Shown here: piece by piece, positions 17,369-28,647 of the stretch | Layout: each line of letters begins with the position of its first letter | How positions within the stretch are numbered: the stretch's first letter is position 1 | Assembly: GCA_001304155.1 (NCBI GenBank) | Contig: LJUX01000018.1 | Location: forward strand, 1-49,438 | DNA: 49,438 nt | Reading direction: 5' to 3' | Source: a candidate division Zixibacteria bacterium SM23_73_3 | GTDB lineage: Bacteria; Zixibacteria; MSB-5A5; SM1-73 | Translations under genes and position numbers: made by a program | Notes under the pieces: generated by a model | Seen by the model: only the letters and a program-made list of their open reading frames with translations | Databases searched by the model: none | Told to the model about the DNA's origin: nothing

Positions 17369-20188
17369 TTGGGTGAGAATTGCATCAGAATCAAGGGCGC
17401 TCGGAAGCATAACTTAAAGAACATCGATCTGAAGATCCCCCGGGACAGGCTGGTGGTGATCACCGGTTTGTCTGGATCGGGGAAATCGTCTCTGGCCTTT
17501 GACACCATCTATGCCGAGGGACAGAGACGATATGTGGAGTCGCTCTCTGCCTATGCCCGGCAGTTTCTGGGCATGATGGAAAAGCCGGATGTCGATTTCA
17601 TCGAAGGACTTTCGCCGGCAGTCTCCATTGAACAGAGAAGCTCTGCCAAAAACCCTCGTTCCACGGTGGGGACGGTTACTGAGATCTACGATTACCTCAG
17701 GCTTCTGTATGCCAGGGTGGGCACTCCTTATTGCCACAAATGCGGAAGGAAAATCTCCCAACAGACTGTTCAGCAGATAGTCGATTTGATACTTTCGCTC
17801 CCTAAGGGTAAAAAAATCCAGATACTGGCTCCACTGGTCAAAGGAAGGAAAGGGGAATACAAGGAGGTCTTCGATCAGATCAGAAGGGAGGGTTTTATTC
17901 GCGCTCGGGTGGATGGAAAAATAATCGAGTTGGAGGGCGAGATCAAGCTGGAGAAGTATAAGAAGCATAACATTGAGGTGGTGGTGGACAGGTTGGTGGT
18001 CAACAAGAAAATTGCCAAGAGATTGGCCGATTCTTTGGAAACCGCTCTCAAATTGGGCTCCGGGATGGTGATGGTGGATCTGGTAAGAGGGGAGGAGCTT
18101 TTATTTTCAGAACATTACGCTTGTGTCCATTGTGGAATCAGCTACGAAGAATTTTCACCCAGAATGTTCTCCTTCAACAGCCCTTATGGTGCCTGCCCTA
18201 CCTGCAGTGGGCTGGGAACCAGGATGGAGATTGATCCCGATTTGGTGGTCCCGGACCCAACCATCTCCATCGCCCACGGTGCCATCGCTCCCTGGGGAAC
18301 TCCCATAAGCAACTGGTATTATCATCAACTAAAAAGCTTAGCCGAACACTATAAATTCAGTTTATATGTCGCCTTTGCCGAATTGAACCCGCAGGCTAAG
18401 CAGATTATTCTTTATGGCACCGGTACCAAGGAACTGCGGTTTCGCTGGGAAGGTGAAGGGGGAAAGGGGGAATATTACGGAAGTTTTGAGGGAGTGATTC
18501 CCAATCTGGAAAGACGTTACCGGCAGACTCAATCAGAGGCGGTGAGAGAATGGATCGAAAAATACATGCGAATACTTCCCTGCCCGGATTGCAATGGAAC
18601 CAGACTGAAAAAAGAGAGCCTATCGGTGAAGGTGGGAGGTTTCAACATAGCCCAGTTGACTGAACTCTCGGTAAAAGAGACGGGCAGGTTCTTCGCCAAA
18701 TTGAAGCTCTCTTTGCGGGAACAACAGATAGCAAAGCAGATTCTGAAGGAGATAAAGGAAAGATTGGGCTTTTTAATGGATGTGGGATTGGATTATCTCA
18801 CCTTAGGACGTTCTGCGGCATCACTTTCCGGCGGGGAGGCGCAGAGGATAAGACTGGCCACCCAGATTGGCTCCAGATTAGTGGGGGTGTTGTATATTCT
18901 GGATGAGCCTTCAGTGGGTCTTCACCAGAGGGATAACAAAAGACTTCTGGGCACACTTTTGGGCCTGAAGAATCTGGGCAACACGGTGCTGGTGGTGGAG
19001 CACGACCGGGAGACCATCGAAACCGCAGATCACGTAATAGATTTGGGTCCGGGGGCAGGAAAAGACGGAGGATGGGTGGTGGCACAGGGGACTCCAGAAA
19101 TCATAAAACGGAGCAGAAAATCTCTCACCGGAAAGTATCTTTCTGGAAGGTTATCCATTCCTCTTCCAGCAGAAAGAAAGAATGGAGAGGGCGCTTTTTT
19201 GAGCATAATGGGAGCGAAAGGGAATAACCTAAAGAGGATTCGGGTGGATTTCCCGTTGGGAGTATTCATCTGCGTGACCGGAGTTTCAGGCTCGGGAAAA
19301 TCCACTCTGATCAATGAGACCATCTATCGGATTTTAGCCCAGCATTTTTATAATTCCAAACTGGTCCCCTTGGAATATGAAAAAGCTGTAGGTCTGGAGA
19401 ACGTTGATAAGGTGATTAACATCGATCAATCCCCTATCGGCAGAACTCCCCGATCCAATCCTGCTACCTACACCGGAGTTTTTACTCCCATCCGGGATCT
19501 TTTTGCCCTACTCCCGGAGGCAAAGGTGAGAGGATACAAGCCCGGAAGGTTCAGCTTCAACGTGCAGGGGGGGAGATGTGAAGCCTGCGAAGGAGATGGC
19601 ATTATCAAAATAGAGATGCATTTTCTCCCGGACGTGTATGTCCCCTGTGAGGTGTGTAAAGGAAAGAGGTATAATCGGGAGACCTTAGAAATTAAGTATA
19701 AAGGAAAGAACATTGCAGACGTTTTGGATATGACCGTGGATGAGGCATATGATTTCTTTACCAATATCCCCAAGATCAAAAGGAAGCTTCAAACTTTGAA
19801 GGATGTGGGATTGGGTTACATTCACTTAGGACAGCCAGCCACCACCCTTTCGGGAGGTGAAGCCCAGAGGGTGAAGCTTTCCACCGAGCTTTCCAAGGTC
19901 TCCACCGGCAGAACCTTTTACATCTTGGATGAGCCCACCACCGGCCTTCACTTTGAGGATGTCAAGATGCTGTTGGGCGTCTTAAACAAATTGGTGGATA
20001 TGGGGAATACGGTTGTGGTGATTGAACACAATCTGGATGTGATCAAAACCGCCGACTACATCGTCGACTTAGGACCGGAAGGGGGGGATGATGGAGGTAA
20101 GGTGGTTGCCACCGGAACGCCTGAGGAGGTGGCAAAGATTCCGGGGTCATATACCGGTAAGTTTTTAAAGGGGATTTTAGAAGCATAA
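17369..20188 (+). CDS. uvrA: Excinuclease ABC subunit A
   Basis: Two Walker A motifs ([16 protein letters not shown]), zinc fingers, LSGGEAQR twice; start moved to TTG 17369 behind SD GAGGAG. Confidence 0.98.
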   Translation: MGENCIRIKGARKHNLKNIDLKIPRDRLVVITGLSGSGKSSLAFDTIYAEGQRRYVESLSAYARQFLGMMEKPDVDFIEGLSPAVSIEQRSSAKNPRSTVGTVTEIYDYLRLLYARVGTPYCHKCGRKISQQTVQQIVDLILSLPKGKKIQILAPLVKGRKGEYKEVFDQIRREGFIRARVDGKIIELEGEIKLEKYKKHNIEVVVDRLVVNKKIAKRLADSLETALKLGSGMVMVDLVRGEELLFSEHYACVHCGISYEEFSPRMFSFNSPYGACPTCSGLGTRMEIDPDLVVPDPTISIAHGAIAPWGTPISNWYYHQLKSLAEHYKFSLYVAFAELNPQAKQIILYGTGTKELRFRWEGEGGKGEYYGSFEGVIPNLERRYRQTQSEAVREWIEKYMRILPCPDCNGTRLKKESLSVKVGGFNIAQLTELSVKETGRFFAKLKLSLREQQIAKQILKEIKERLGFLMDVGLDYLTLGRSAASLSGGEAQRIRLATQIGSRLVGVLYILDEPSVGLHQRDNKRLLGTLLGLKNLGNTVLVVEHDRETIETADHVIDLGPGAGKDGGWVVAQGTPEIIKRSRKSLTGKYLSGRLSIPLPAERKNGEGAFLSIMGAKGNNLKRIRVDFPLGVFICVTGVSGSGKSTLINETIYRILAQHFYNSKLVPLEYEKAVGLENVDKVINIDQSPIGRTPRSNPATYTGVFTPIRDLFALLPEAKVRGYKPGRFSFNVQGGRCEACEGDGIIKIEMHFLPDVYVPCEVCKGKRYNRETLEIKYKGKNIADVLDMTVDEAYDFFTNIPKIKRKLQTLKDVGLGYIHLGQPATTLSGGEAQRVKLSTELSKVSTGRTFYILDEPTTGLHFEDVKMLLGVLNKLVDMGNTVVVIEHNLDVIKTADYIVDLGPEGGDDGGKVVATGTPEEVAKIPGSYTGKFLKGILEA

Positions 20189-20288
20189 GAAGATGATTAT
20201 ACTGTTAACTTAGCTTCACAAATTTTAGATATTTTTTGAATAGCACAAGAGTTCAGGCAAAAAGATAAACCATCAGAGGGAACAAGTC

Positions 20289-21386
20289 ATGGCAGAGTCA
20301 GAGAAAACGCCTTTTCACGACATCCACATCAAAAACAAGGCAAAAATCGTGGAGTTTGCAAACTACCTTATGCCCATTCAATTCCGGGGCATGATGGAGG
20401 AACATCTAAAGGTGAGATCATCGGTGGGGCTTTTTGATATCACCCACATGGGAGAGTTTGAAGTGTGGGGAAAGGATGCGGAAAACTTCATTCAGAAGAT
20501 GACCACAAATGATGTCTCCAGGTTAGCCACTTATCAGGTGCAATACTCCTGCATGTGCTATAATCATGGTGGAATTGTGGATGACCTTTTGGTCTATCGC
20601 CTGCCGGATCATTTCCTTCTGGTGGTCAACGGCGCCTGTGTGGAAAAGGATTTTAAGTGGCTTTCCGATCATCTCTCCGGTGACGTAGAGCTGAAAAACG
20701 TAAGTGAACAAACCGCTCTTTTAGCCTTGCAGGGTCCCAAAGCAGAGGATGTATTGAAGAAACTGACGGATGAGAAGCTGTCTGATCTGAGATTCTATTG
20801 GGCAAGTTGGGGGAAGGTGAACGGAATCGAGATGCTTTTCTCCAGAACCGGCTACACCGGTGAGGATGGATTTGAGCTTTATTTTTCCACTGTTCATGCA
20901 GAAAGCATGTGGAATGCCTTGATGGAGGCGGGTGAAGAATTTGACATAGAGCCAATCGGTTTGGGTGCCAGAAATTCGCTGAGATTGGAAATGAAGTATA
21001 TGCTCTATGGTAATGACATTGATCAGACCACCAATCCACTGGAGGCTGGTTTGGGTTGGATCGTGAAATTGGAGGGGGGTGATTTTGTGGGAAAAGAGCC
21101 AACCTTGAAATTGAAGCAGGAAAAACCCAAACGTAAACTGGTTGCCTTTGAACTTTTGGATCAGGCTTTCCCTCGCCAACATTACCAGATACAAAAAGAT
21201 GGCGAAAGAATCGGTGAGGTAACCAGTGGAACTTTCTCCCCCTCTCTGAATAAGGGGATCGGGTTAGGTTATGTCCTAGTGGAACACTCCAAAATCGACA
21301 CCGAGTTGGATATTCTCATTCGGAACAGACCATACAGGGCGATTATAGTTAAGCCGCCTTTTTATAAGAGTTTTACGCATAAGTAG
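20289..21386 (+). CDS. gcvT: Glycine cleavage system aminomethyltransferase T
   Basis: GLFDITHMGE, ALQGP, RTGYTGEDGFE, GLGARNSLRLE. Confidence 0.96.
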   Translation: MAESEKTPFHDIHIKNKAKIVEFANYLMPIQFRGMMEEHLKVRSSVGLFDITHMGEFEVWGKDAENFIQKMTTNDVSRLATYQVQYSCMCYNHGGIVDDLLVYRLPDHFLLVVNGACVEKDFKWLSDHLSGDVELKNVSEQTALLALQGPKAEDVLKKLTDEKLSDLRFYWASWGKVNGIEMLFSRTGYTGEDGFELYFSTVHAESMWNALMEAGEEFDIEPIGLGARNSLRLEMKYMLYGNDIDQTTNPLEAGLGWIVKLEGGDFVGKEPTLKLKQEKPKRKLVAFELLDQAFPRQHYQIQKDGERIGEVTSGTFSPSLNKGIGLGYVLVEHSKIDTELDILIRNRPYRAIIVKPPFYKSFTHK

Positions 21387-21391
21387 AAGAA

Positions 21392-21470
21392 AATCTCCCA
21401 ACAGATTAAACCGATTTAACAGATTACGGATGTGAAGAAATCGACTTAATCTGTTTCATCTGTTGGGAAT
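21392..21470. repeat. CCCAACAGAT...ATCTGTTGGG palindromic element
   Basis: Inverted arms; related copy at about 33258-33342. Confidence 0.65.
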
Positions 21471-21508
21471 ATCTTGAACCAAAGACTAACAAGATGCCCT
21501 AATTTTCC

Positions 21509-21928
21509 ATGGATAGAAAGAATATCTATCGGATCCTCGATGCCAATCTAAATCGTGCCAGAGAGGGAGTCCGGGTGACAGAAGAAGTGGCAAGGCTCTA
21601 TTTTGATGATGCCAAACTGTCGTCGAAGTTTAAAAATCTTCGCCATGAGTTGACCAGAGTTGCCAGGAAGAGCTTCGATTGGGAGAAGTTGCTCTCCTTC
21701 CGGGATAGCGAGAGGGATGTAGGGGCAGACATCATGGGAATTTTGGAGAAGAGACGCGCTGATCTCGCCTCCATCATTCAAGCCAATCTTAGAAGATCGC
21801 AGGAAGCCACCCGGGTTTTGGAAGAATTCGGAAAGCTGATCAATCCCGATTCTGCCAAATCATTCAAAAAGATCCGATTCAGGCTTTACACCTTGGAACA
21901 GAAGATGCTGGGATTGGTAAAGAAGTAA
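21509..21928 (+). CDS. Stand-alone N-terminal (ThiD2-like) domain of thiamine-phosphate synthase
   Basis: RILDANLNRAREG.RV.EE...RDSE.DVG...AN..R.QEA.RVLEE. Confidence 0.85.
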   Translation: MDRKNIYRILDANLNRAREGVRVTEEVARLYFDDAKLSSKFKNLRHELTRVARKSFDWEKLLSFRDSERDVGADIMGILEKRRADLASIIQANLRRSQEATRVLEEFGKLINPDSAKSFKKIRFRLYTLEQKMLGLVKK

Positions 21929-22006
21929 ACTGATTGTGCCATGCTTCGATTCGAGTATTCGATAATAACGTGGAGTCGGGATCTCGATATCCCGACGCAG
22001 CGCAGA

Positions 22007-23956
22007 TTAGATGCCTTCTGAACTCTCATTTACACCGGTTGAATGGCTGTAAATCAGAGATTCTAAATCGCCTTTTTCCCCTGACTTCACTGGAGTGAGG
22101 TGGGGCGTTAACTTTGAGGGAAGGTGGATTTTGAATGTAGTCCCTTTATCGGGTTCGCTTTCCACTTCTATCTTTCCATCGTGCAGGCTGACGATCTTTT
22201 TGACCAAACTTAATCCCAGTCCGGTTCCTTTTTCTCTGGAGGTGAAGAAGGGATTGAAGATTTTGTCCTGAACCTCCTTTGCTATCCCCCAGCCGGTGTC
22301 GGAAAATTCCACCAGCACCGATTTTTCACCAGAAGTAAACTGTTTTTCACCAATTAAGATGCGAATTTCTCCTCCATCCGGCATAGCCTCTATGGAATTT
22401 TGAATCAGGTTCTGGAAGCACTGCTTTAAAAGAATTGGATCGCCCAGCAGGGTTGGAAGATCAGATTCACAGTCCAGTTTGAACTTTATCCTATTCTCCT
22501 TCAAGGTCTCCTTTACTGATGTGTGACATTCCTCGAGTATTTCTTTTAGATTGATTTTCTTTATCTTTAACTGGAGAGGTTTAGCAAAGGCAAGAAATCT
22601 TTTAAGCAAAGATTCCATGATCATAGCTTCGTTGGTGATTCCGTCCACTGTCTGAGATTGTGAAGAAGGATCATCTTTTCCTTTTTTGAGTAACTTGCTA
22701 AAACCCAGGATAGTTCCCATAGAGTTTCTGAGCTCATGTGCCAGGCCAGATGACATCTCGCCCAAAGCGGCCATCTTGTCCTTGAAGGCGATTTCCTCCT
22801 CCAATTTCTTTATCTCCGTCAAGTCGGTCAAGAAAACCACCACCCCCAGCATCCTGCTCCGCTCATCCTTGACCACAGATGAACTTAAGCTCAAGGGGAT
22901 GCTTTTACCACCCTTTTTTGTTATCTTTATCTCTGGAATAGAATAGGGACTTTGTTCTGTGGAAGCGATCTGGATGGCAGAACAAAGTGGACTTTCTTCT
23001 CCGAAGACGGTTCGGTAGTGTTTACCTAAAACCATATTTTCTGATTTTTTCAGAATCATCTCTGCTGGGTGATTCATGCGGGTAATTTTTCCCTCTTCAT
23101 CTGTGATGATCATTCCATTGGTCATGCTTTTTAAAATATACTCGTTATAGCTGGCTAAGTTTTTCGCTTTGCGATCTGTTTTTTGATAGAGTTCCTGCAA
23201 GGTTCTCTCTTTCTGCTTAAGCTCAGCTATCACCTGTTCAAAGATTCCCACCGCCACATCCAATTCTCCTTCTTTTTTACTTTTCTCTGAGGCAGGGATT
23301 ATCATCTCCTTTTTTGCCTTTTTCACCATTAGTCGATAGGGTCGGAGCAGGTTTTTTATCAACAGCAGGGTGACGAATGCGGCGATGAAGAGTCCACCTA
23401 TTCGAGCCAAAACATTCAATCTGGAGACTTTTTCAATGCTGGCAAAAGCTGAAACCTCTTTTTCCACCATCACCCAGATACTGTTTTCAGCTTCTTTCCC
23501 TTCTAACGGCAGATAACAGGAAAGATAAGTATTACCTAAGACATCGGTGTAGAAATCAGAGAAGAATTTCCCCTGAGCTACCTTGTCTGGCTTTACCCCC
23601 CGAAAGATGTGAAGCTCCTCAGCCGAACGAACCTCTCTGGATGAAATTAAGGCTTCTCCATCTAAGGAGATATATGATATTCGATTGACGCCGGATTCGT
23701 AAGATAGCTCCATCAGATTCTTTTTAAGAGCCGAACCTATGGATCCACCGGATTGCGGGTTCCTCTCCCAGATAAGGCTGGCTGAATGTGCCACGGTGGA
23801 GAGGTATTGATGGGTCTGAAGTTTTAAAGCGTGCTTGGTTTGATGAAAAAGATACTCAGTCCCGAAATTGAATAGTATTAGAAAAAGTATGAAAAATATC
23901 AGTGAGATGCGAATCTGTGATTCGTATCCAAGATGTAAAAAATCTTTAATTTTCAA
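22007..23956 (-). CDS. PAS-domain sensor histidine kinase (NtrB/PilS-like)
   Basis: Two TMs, PAS, H-box LAHELRNS, NLIQNSIEAM, FNPFFTSREKGTGLGL. Confidence 0.93.
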   Translation of the reverse strand: MKIKDFLHLGYESQIRISLIFFILFLILFNFGTEYLFHQTKHALKLQTHQYLSTVAHSASLIWERNPQSGGSIGSALKKNLMELSYESGVNRISYISLDGEALISSREVRSAEELHIFRGVKPDKVAQGKFFSDFYTDVLGNTYLSCYLPLEGKEAENSIWVMVEKEVSAFASIEKVSRLNVLARIGGLFIAAFVTLLLIKNLLRPYRLMVKKAKKEMIIPASEKSKKEGELDVAVGIFEQVIAELKQKERTLQELYQKTDRKAKNLASYNEYILKSMTNGMIITDEEGKITRMNHPAEMILKKSENMVLGKHYRTVFGEESPLCSAIQIASTEQSPYSIPEIKITKKGGKSIPLSLSSSVVKDERSRMLGVVVFLTDLTEIKKLEEEIAFKDKMAALGEMSSGLAHELRNSMGTILGFSKLLKKGKDDPSSQSQTVDGITNEAMIMESLLKRFLAFAKPLQLKIKKINLKEILEECHTSVKETLKENRIKFKLDCESDLPTLLGDPILLKQCFQNLIQNSIEAMPDGGEIRILIGEKQFTSGEKSVLVEFSDTGWGIAKEVQDKIFNPFFTSREKGTGLGLSLVKKIVSLHDGKIEVESEPDKGTTFKIHLPSKLTPHLTPVKSGEKGDLESLIYSHSTGVNESSEGI

Positions 23957-24011
23957 TTTTCTCCCTGTATCACGGATGGAAAAAATCTTAGATTTTAAGT
24001 TTCTATTGGAT

Positions 24012-24038
24012 TTATCGGCATAAAAGAATGGGGGGTTA
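24012..24038 (-). promoter_or_regulatory. Sigma28 (FliA/WhiG)-like promoter upstream of the kinase
   Basis: Minus strand TAAC-N15-GCCGATAA. Confidence 0.55.
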
Positions 24039-24120
24039 ATTTTACGTTAACTGAACAAGAAATCCAACAGCTGGTATTTTGCAGATTAAACATGGGATAT
24101 AAAAAATTGGCTCGTTCTTT

Positions 24121-24290
24121 ACCTCACCCCCCCTAGTTCCCCATCTCCATCCTTCGACAACCTCACTTCGTGCCGCACTTCGTTCCCCGCCAGAGGCGGC
24201 GGGGTGTCGAAGGAAGCGCACTCAGTGCGAGGCAGGACGGTGAGCGAAGTCGAACCGCAAAGTGGAGAGGGGGGATAAAGGGAGAGAGGT
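24121..24290. repeat. Multiply nested palindromic element
   Basis: Outer cctcacccc...ggagagagg arms enclose ccttcgac...gaagtcgaacc, which encloses ccgccagaggcgg. Confidence 0.7.
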
Positions 24291-24392
24291 TTCTGGCAAA
24301 GACAGGGTTAATCAGGAAGTTCTTTTATGGCACAAACTATTGGACTATGAGATGAGAAAAATTGCTTTGGGATATAAAACAGAAGCCCGGAT

Positions 24393-25166
24393 TTAAAAGA
24401 AAGCTTTTAAATACGCAGAAATTATTGCATCCCCTGCAAACATGGCGATGACTGCTCCCAAAGCCAAGAAGGGTCCGAAGGGAATTGTCCGGTTTTCTCT
24501 CACCTCCTTTGAGAGGAATAAAGCAGTCCCACCTATCAGACTGCCCAAGAAAGCAGAAAGCAGAAGTACCAAAAGTATATTCTGCCACCCCAAGAATGCT
24601 CCCAGCATCATAGCCAACTTTATGTCTCCTCCCCCCATGCTCTCTTTTTTAAAAAGAAGCTCTCCTAAGATGGCAGCCAGATAAAATATTGCCCCACCCA
24701 CTAAAATTCCTGCAAGCGAATTTAAAACAGATGGCGATTCGACCACAAAAGACAAAAGGAAACCAAGGATGATGCCAGGGAAGGTGAGCACATCCGGAAT
24801 GATCCTGTGCTTTAAGTCGATAAAGAAGGTGGCCACCAGAAGAACGATCAAAATACCCCTCGCCAGAAAACTCCAGCTCAATCCAAAGCGCAGGTAAGCT
24901 AAGATGAGCAAGGCAGAGGTGATAAACTCCACCAGGGGATATTGCAGGGAGATTTTCGCTTCACAATTTCTGCAACGTCCCTTTAAGATGATGTAGCTAA
25001 AAAGGGGAATGTTGTCATAGGTGCGAATCTTTGATCCACATTTAGGACAGAACGAGCTGGGGAAGAGTATGGATTTTCTTTGGGGAATTCTGTAGATGCA
25101 AACGTTTAAAAAGCTTCCCAGGGCTAAACCCATCAGTATAATCAAGATCAGAGTTATAGTGTTCAT
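24393..25166 (-). CDS. pilD: Prepilin peptidase / N-methyltransferase
   Basis: GSFLNVCIYRIP, two CxxC, IDLKHRIIPD, MGGGDIKL, IPFGPFLA. Confidence 0.96.
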   Translation of the reverse strand: MNTITLILIILMGLALGSFLNVCIYRIPQRKSILFPSSFCPKCGSKIRTYDNIPLFSYIILKGRCRNCEAKISLQYPLVEFITSALLILAYLRFGLSWSFLARGILIVLLVATFFIDLKHRIIPDVLTFPGIILGFLLSFVVESPSVLNSLAGILVGGAIFYLAAILGELLFKKESMGGGDIKLAMMLGAFLGWQNILLVLLLSAFLGSLIGGTALFLSKEVRENRTIPFGPFLALGAVIAMFAGDAIISAYLKAFF

Positions 25167-25357
25167 CTTAATTATTTTATCTTCGTCTATCGGTTTCGAT
25201 GCTCGTATCGAATCTGGTTAGTTGAGGCTCGATGTTCGAAAAACTTCTTCACTTGTCCATAACTTTCGAGTCTCGAGCTTCCGCTGTCGAAACGCGCTTC
25301 CCTACCGCTAAACGAATCTCCTGGTTAGAGGAGAAAAAGATACGGTTGAACCGTAAG

Positions 25358-26098
25358 TTATATTTTTTTCATCTCGAAAAAATACTCATGGTAATCCCGG
25401 AGCGAATGCCGGAATATTTTTCTTAAAATCATCTCAAAATTCGCCACTACTTTGAAGAATATCTTCGGGATCAAACCGAAGTAAATCGGGTAGAGCAACA
25501 AAAAATGACCTTTTCTAATAGGATAATCGGCAACTTTTTTGAAATTATTCTGTTCAAAAAGGTGTAAATATGTTTTTAAGTCTCTTTGCCATCTCTTTTT
25601 GTTTTTGGTGACCTGTTCTATGCAAATAAATTTGCCTCCGGGTTTTAAGCTTTTCTGCACCTCGGAGAGCACTCTATTCAGCAGCGAATCGTCGGTGATA
25701 TACTGGAGCACAGTTACAGAGATGGCGGCATCTACCTTTTCGTCTTTTATGGGAAGATTCAATCCGTCGAACAGGGCGAGACCGATGTCTTTTTGTTCGC
25801 ATTCGTCTTTTGCCAAGTCAAGCATCTCTTTCGTGATTTCCACCCCTAACATAAATTCACATCTTCTGACTAAAAGGTCCGAAAATCTTCCACTTCCACA
25901 ACCAAAATCGAGAATGAATTTCCTTTTTTCCTTTCCCAGCGCTTTTTGGATTGCCCTCTTTTGAAGGATGTCTATATAAAGGTTTTTTCTTCCCTTCAGA
26001 TCGCGCGGATCAATAACCGCGGGCAGTTTCCCTTTCTCTGCAAGCTTTCCCCAGGTTTCACCACTGGTCTGAAAATGCTGTAGTTGCTCTGTTTCCAT
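25358..26098 (-). CDS. Class I SAM-dependent methyltransferase
   Basis: ILDFGCGSGRF, VLQYI, LKPGG. Confidence 0.9.
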   Translation of the reverse strand: METEQLQHFQTSGETWGKLAEKGKLPAVIDPRDLKGRKNLYIDILQKRAIQKALGKEKRKFILDFGCGSGRFSDLLVRRCEFMLGVEITKEMLDLAKDECEQKDIGLALFDGLNLPIKDEKVDAAISVTVLQYITDDSLLNRVLSEVQKSLKPGGKFICIEQVTKNKKRWQRDLKTYLHLFEQNNFKKVADYPIRKGHFLLLYPIYFGLIPKIFFKVVANFEMILRKIFRHSLRDYHEYFFEMKKI

Positions 26099-26101
26099 TT
26101 T

Positions 26102-27121
26102 TTACCTTTTCAAGAATCCGACAGGCTGTTTTATGGCTTCGTCTTTGCTTGTGGGGCGATGAAGGCTCCGCGATGCGGTGTCGTTTTCTCCATGAACGAC
26201 AGAATATAAGTCAACTTCGGCTTTTTTAATCTTCAAGGCGATCAGAAAACAAACCAATTCCCCCAAAGTCATGCACACCCGGATGGCCAAAGGGATCAAT
26301 ATGGCCGTGGAGATGGGGATGAACAAACTCAGAAGATAACTTTGCACTCCCTCTCTTACCCCCAGACCGGCCGGTGCAATGAAGGTTATCATTCCCAAGA
26401 AAACAGCAATAGAGAAAATCCCTGAGAACTTAATTACACCTATCGGATCCAAAATCATGAATGAATTTATTAAAAGATAAGCGCAGGTGGAAAATATCAT
26501 CCGATCTAAGATCAATAACCCGAGAAGGAATAGTACATGCTTATAACTAAACTTAAATTCTAATTTCTCTTTCCTGAGGGATCTTAGAAAAAAGTTAACC
26601 GTTTTGCCCAAAACCTTTGGATGCAAAACAAACAGGAGGAGAAGGGAAAGAAGAGAAATCAAAATGAGAACCAAGCCAGTTGGTACATTCTCCCACAGAA
26701 GGAGAGTGGAAATAAAGAATAGCATAGCTATCCCGTTGTAGGTGACCAACATTAACACCATGCTCACCAAAGTCAATCTTCTGGGTAGCCCCACTTTGTC
26801 GGCTAAATAAATCTGGCTCACATAGGTCCAGATCCTCCCAGGGATGTATTTCCCTGCCACAGAAAGGTAAGTAATCCTAAAACTTTGGGCAAAATTTATA
26901 CTGCGTCCTAACATTTTCAGAATCAAGGTCCAGACGTAAGCAGCAATTGAATAATTTAAAGCCAAAAGGAGAAAAGATGCAAAGAGAAGGGAGTATTTAA
27001 AGTGCCATTCATAACTGAGAAGAGCTTCTATATTTAAATAAAGTATTCTTCCCAATACAAAAAAGATTATTAACACTATCAACGTGCTTAGCGTCTTTTT
27101 AACTGGGCTGATTTTTGACAC
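26102..27121 (-). CDS. Lysylphosphatidylglycerol synthase TM-domain (flippase-like) membrane protein
   Basis: About 8 TMs; GKYIPG..W and PAGLGVRE motifs. Confidence 0.85.
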   Translation of the reverse strand: MSKISPVKKTLSTLIVLIIFFVLGRILYLNIEALLSYEWHFKYSLLFASFLLLALNYSIAAYVWTLILKMLGRSINFAQSFRITYLSVAGKYIPGRIWTYVSQIYLADKVGLPRRLTLVSMVLMLVTYNGIAMLFFISTLLLWENVPTGLVLILISLLSLLLLFVLHPKVLGKTVNFFLRSLRKEKLEFKFSYKHVLFLLGLLILDRMIFSTCAYLLINSFMILDPIGVIKFSGIFSIAVFLGMITFIAPAGLGVREGVQSYLLSLFIPISTAILIPLAIRVCMTLGELVCFLIALKIKKAEVDLYSVVHGENDTASRSLHRPTSKDEAIKQPVGFLKR

Positions 27122-27665
27122 AGCTTAACTCTTCTCTTAAGAAAAGAATTTTCCTTTTCACGCGGGCTGGCACTCCATAAGCTAAAGAATCGCAAAGGAT
27201 ATTTTTAGTAACTACGCTTCCGAGTCCTATTATTGTCCTATCCCCGATTTTGACCCCGGCTTGTATTATGCTACCAGCGCCTATCCAAACTGACCTGCCA
27301 ATTACAACATCCCCTACTTTGCGAGGATAAATCGCGCATATTTCGCTTTTGTGATCCTCTCCGGCATCACTGTGAGTCAAGATTAGTACCTGTGGGGATA
27401 GGGTGCTTTTCTGTTTTATGATTACTTTGCCAGTCAAGTCTATTGTTGTCCCCGGGCCGATATGGACATCATCCTCAATTGCCAAATTTCTGAAACCATT
27501 TGTTAAATTAATAATTCTGGCCTCATATATTCGCACATTTTTGCCTATCCTCGCTCCCAGGAATCTCAAAAGGGTTGACCGGAAGTAAGGACTGATACAC
27601 CACCTCAACAGTTTCTCAATGAGCATATATATGCCAATTTTGACATTTCTTAAAATACGATTCAT
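27099..27665 (-). CDS. Hexapeptide-repeat acyltransferase
   Basis: VVIGRSVWIGAGSIIQAGVKIG...GVPAR. Confidence 0.9.
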   Translation of the reverse strand: MNRILRNVKIGIYMLIEKLLRWCISPYFRSTLLRFLGARIGKNVRIYEARIINLTNGFRNLAIEDDVHIGPGTTIDLTGKVIIKQKSTLSPQVLILTHSDAGEDHKSEICAIYPRKVGDVVIGRSVWIGAGSIIQAGVKIGDRTIIGLGSVVTKNILCDSLAYGVPARVKRKILFLREELSCVKNQPS

Positions 27666-28647
27666 CTCCTGCCCCTAAACTGCCCCTAAAGAAATTAACT
27701 GTCGGTAGTAGTAACTGGTAAATGGCAGACCTACTTTTGCTTATATCTCGATGATAATTGAATACAATTTTCTTTTCTGCGCCCCATTTTTCTTTAAACT
27801 GAATCAGGCTAAGCATCTTCTTACTCGACCCCATAAAATCAAAATATGACTTCCCTCTCTCTTTAGCGAGCCGGATGGCATGATGAAACAATAGATCGTT
27901 AGGTCTTTGATGCAGGTGTTCGGTGACCGAGCCGCCATGAAAATAATGAGCGATCTTTTCAGAATAAATTACCACTATTCCAGCTACCGGTTGGTTGTGA
28001 TATTTGGCAAAAAATATATCCGAAAATTCAGGGACCAAAAGATCATATATTTTATAAAAAAGCTGGAGTGGATATTTAGTTAAAGCTCTATTCCTCCTCA
28101 TCGAATCCAGGTAGAGCTGATAAAACGACTCCACCTCCCCCCGTGATCTTATCTTCTCAAAATAAAGATCTGACTTCAGTGCAGTCTTTATATTTCTTTT
28201 CAAGCTATCTTTATAATTTCTCCAGATTAAATCTGTGGATTTGTCTTTCAACTCCAACAGATGACGATACGACTCCACACAGTTAAAATCGGGCAAATCT
28301 TGCTTTTTCTTAATGTCCACTTCAACAATCTGAATGCGTTGAATTTTCTCCTTTTTGGCCCAATGGTTCAAAAGGCCTAAGAATTCAGGGATGTGTTCTC
28401 GATCTCCAATAAACCCGCCATATGGAACCAGCGAATAGAACACTTTGAAGAATCGATTGCCCATCATCATTCCAGGCAAAGCGGAGAGCCAATATCCTTC
28501 CTCTTCGAGTACCAAGTATCGCATACCGCATCCATAACCTTCTTCCACCACCTTCCACCACAGAGAGGTATGGAAGATCAGGTCGGAGTGCAAAAAGACA
28601 AACTCATCCCACTTGTGGTTGGGCTCTTCTAAAACGATCAGATTCAT
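27616..28647 (-). CDS. FemAB-like GNAT acyltransferase
   Basis: WD.FV, PYGG, RNIK.A.K, PNDLL, YFDFMGS...L..FK.KWG. Confidence 0.85.
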   Translation of the reverse strand: MNLIVLEEPNHKWDEFVFLHSDLIFHTSLWWKVVEEGYGCGMRYLVLEEEGYWLSALPGMMMGNRFFKVFYSLVPYGGFIGDREHIPEFLGLLNHWAKKEKIQRIQIVEVDIKKKQDLPDFNCVESYRHLLELKDKSTDLIWRNYKDSLKRNIKTALKSDLYFEKIRSRGEVESFYQLYLDSMRRNRALTKYPLQLFYKIYDLLVPEFSDIFFAKYHNQPVAGIVVIYSEKIAHYFHGGSVTEHLHQRPNDLLFHHAIRLAKERGKSYFDFMGSSKKMLSLIQFKEKWGAEKKIVFNYHRDISKSRSAIYQLLLPTVNFFRGSLGAGDESYFKKCQNWHIYAH

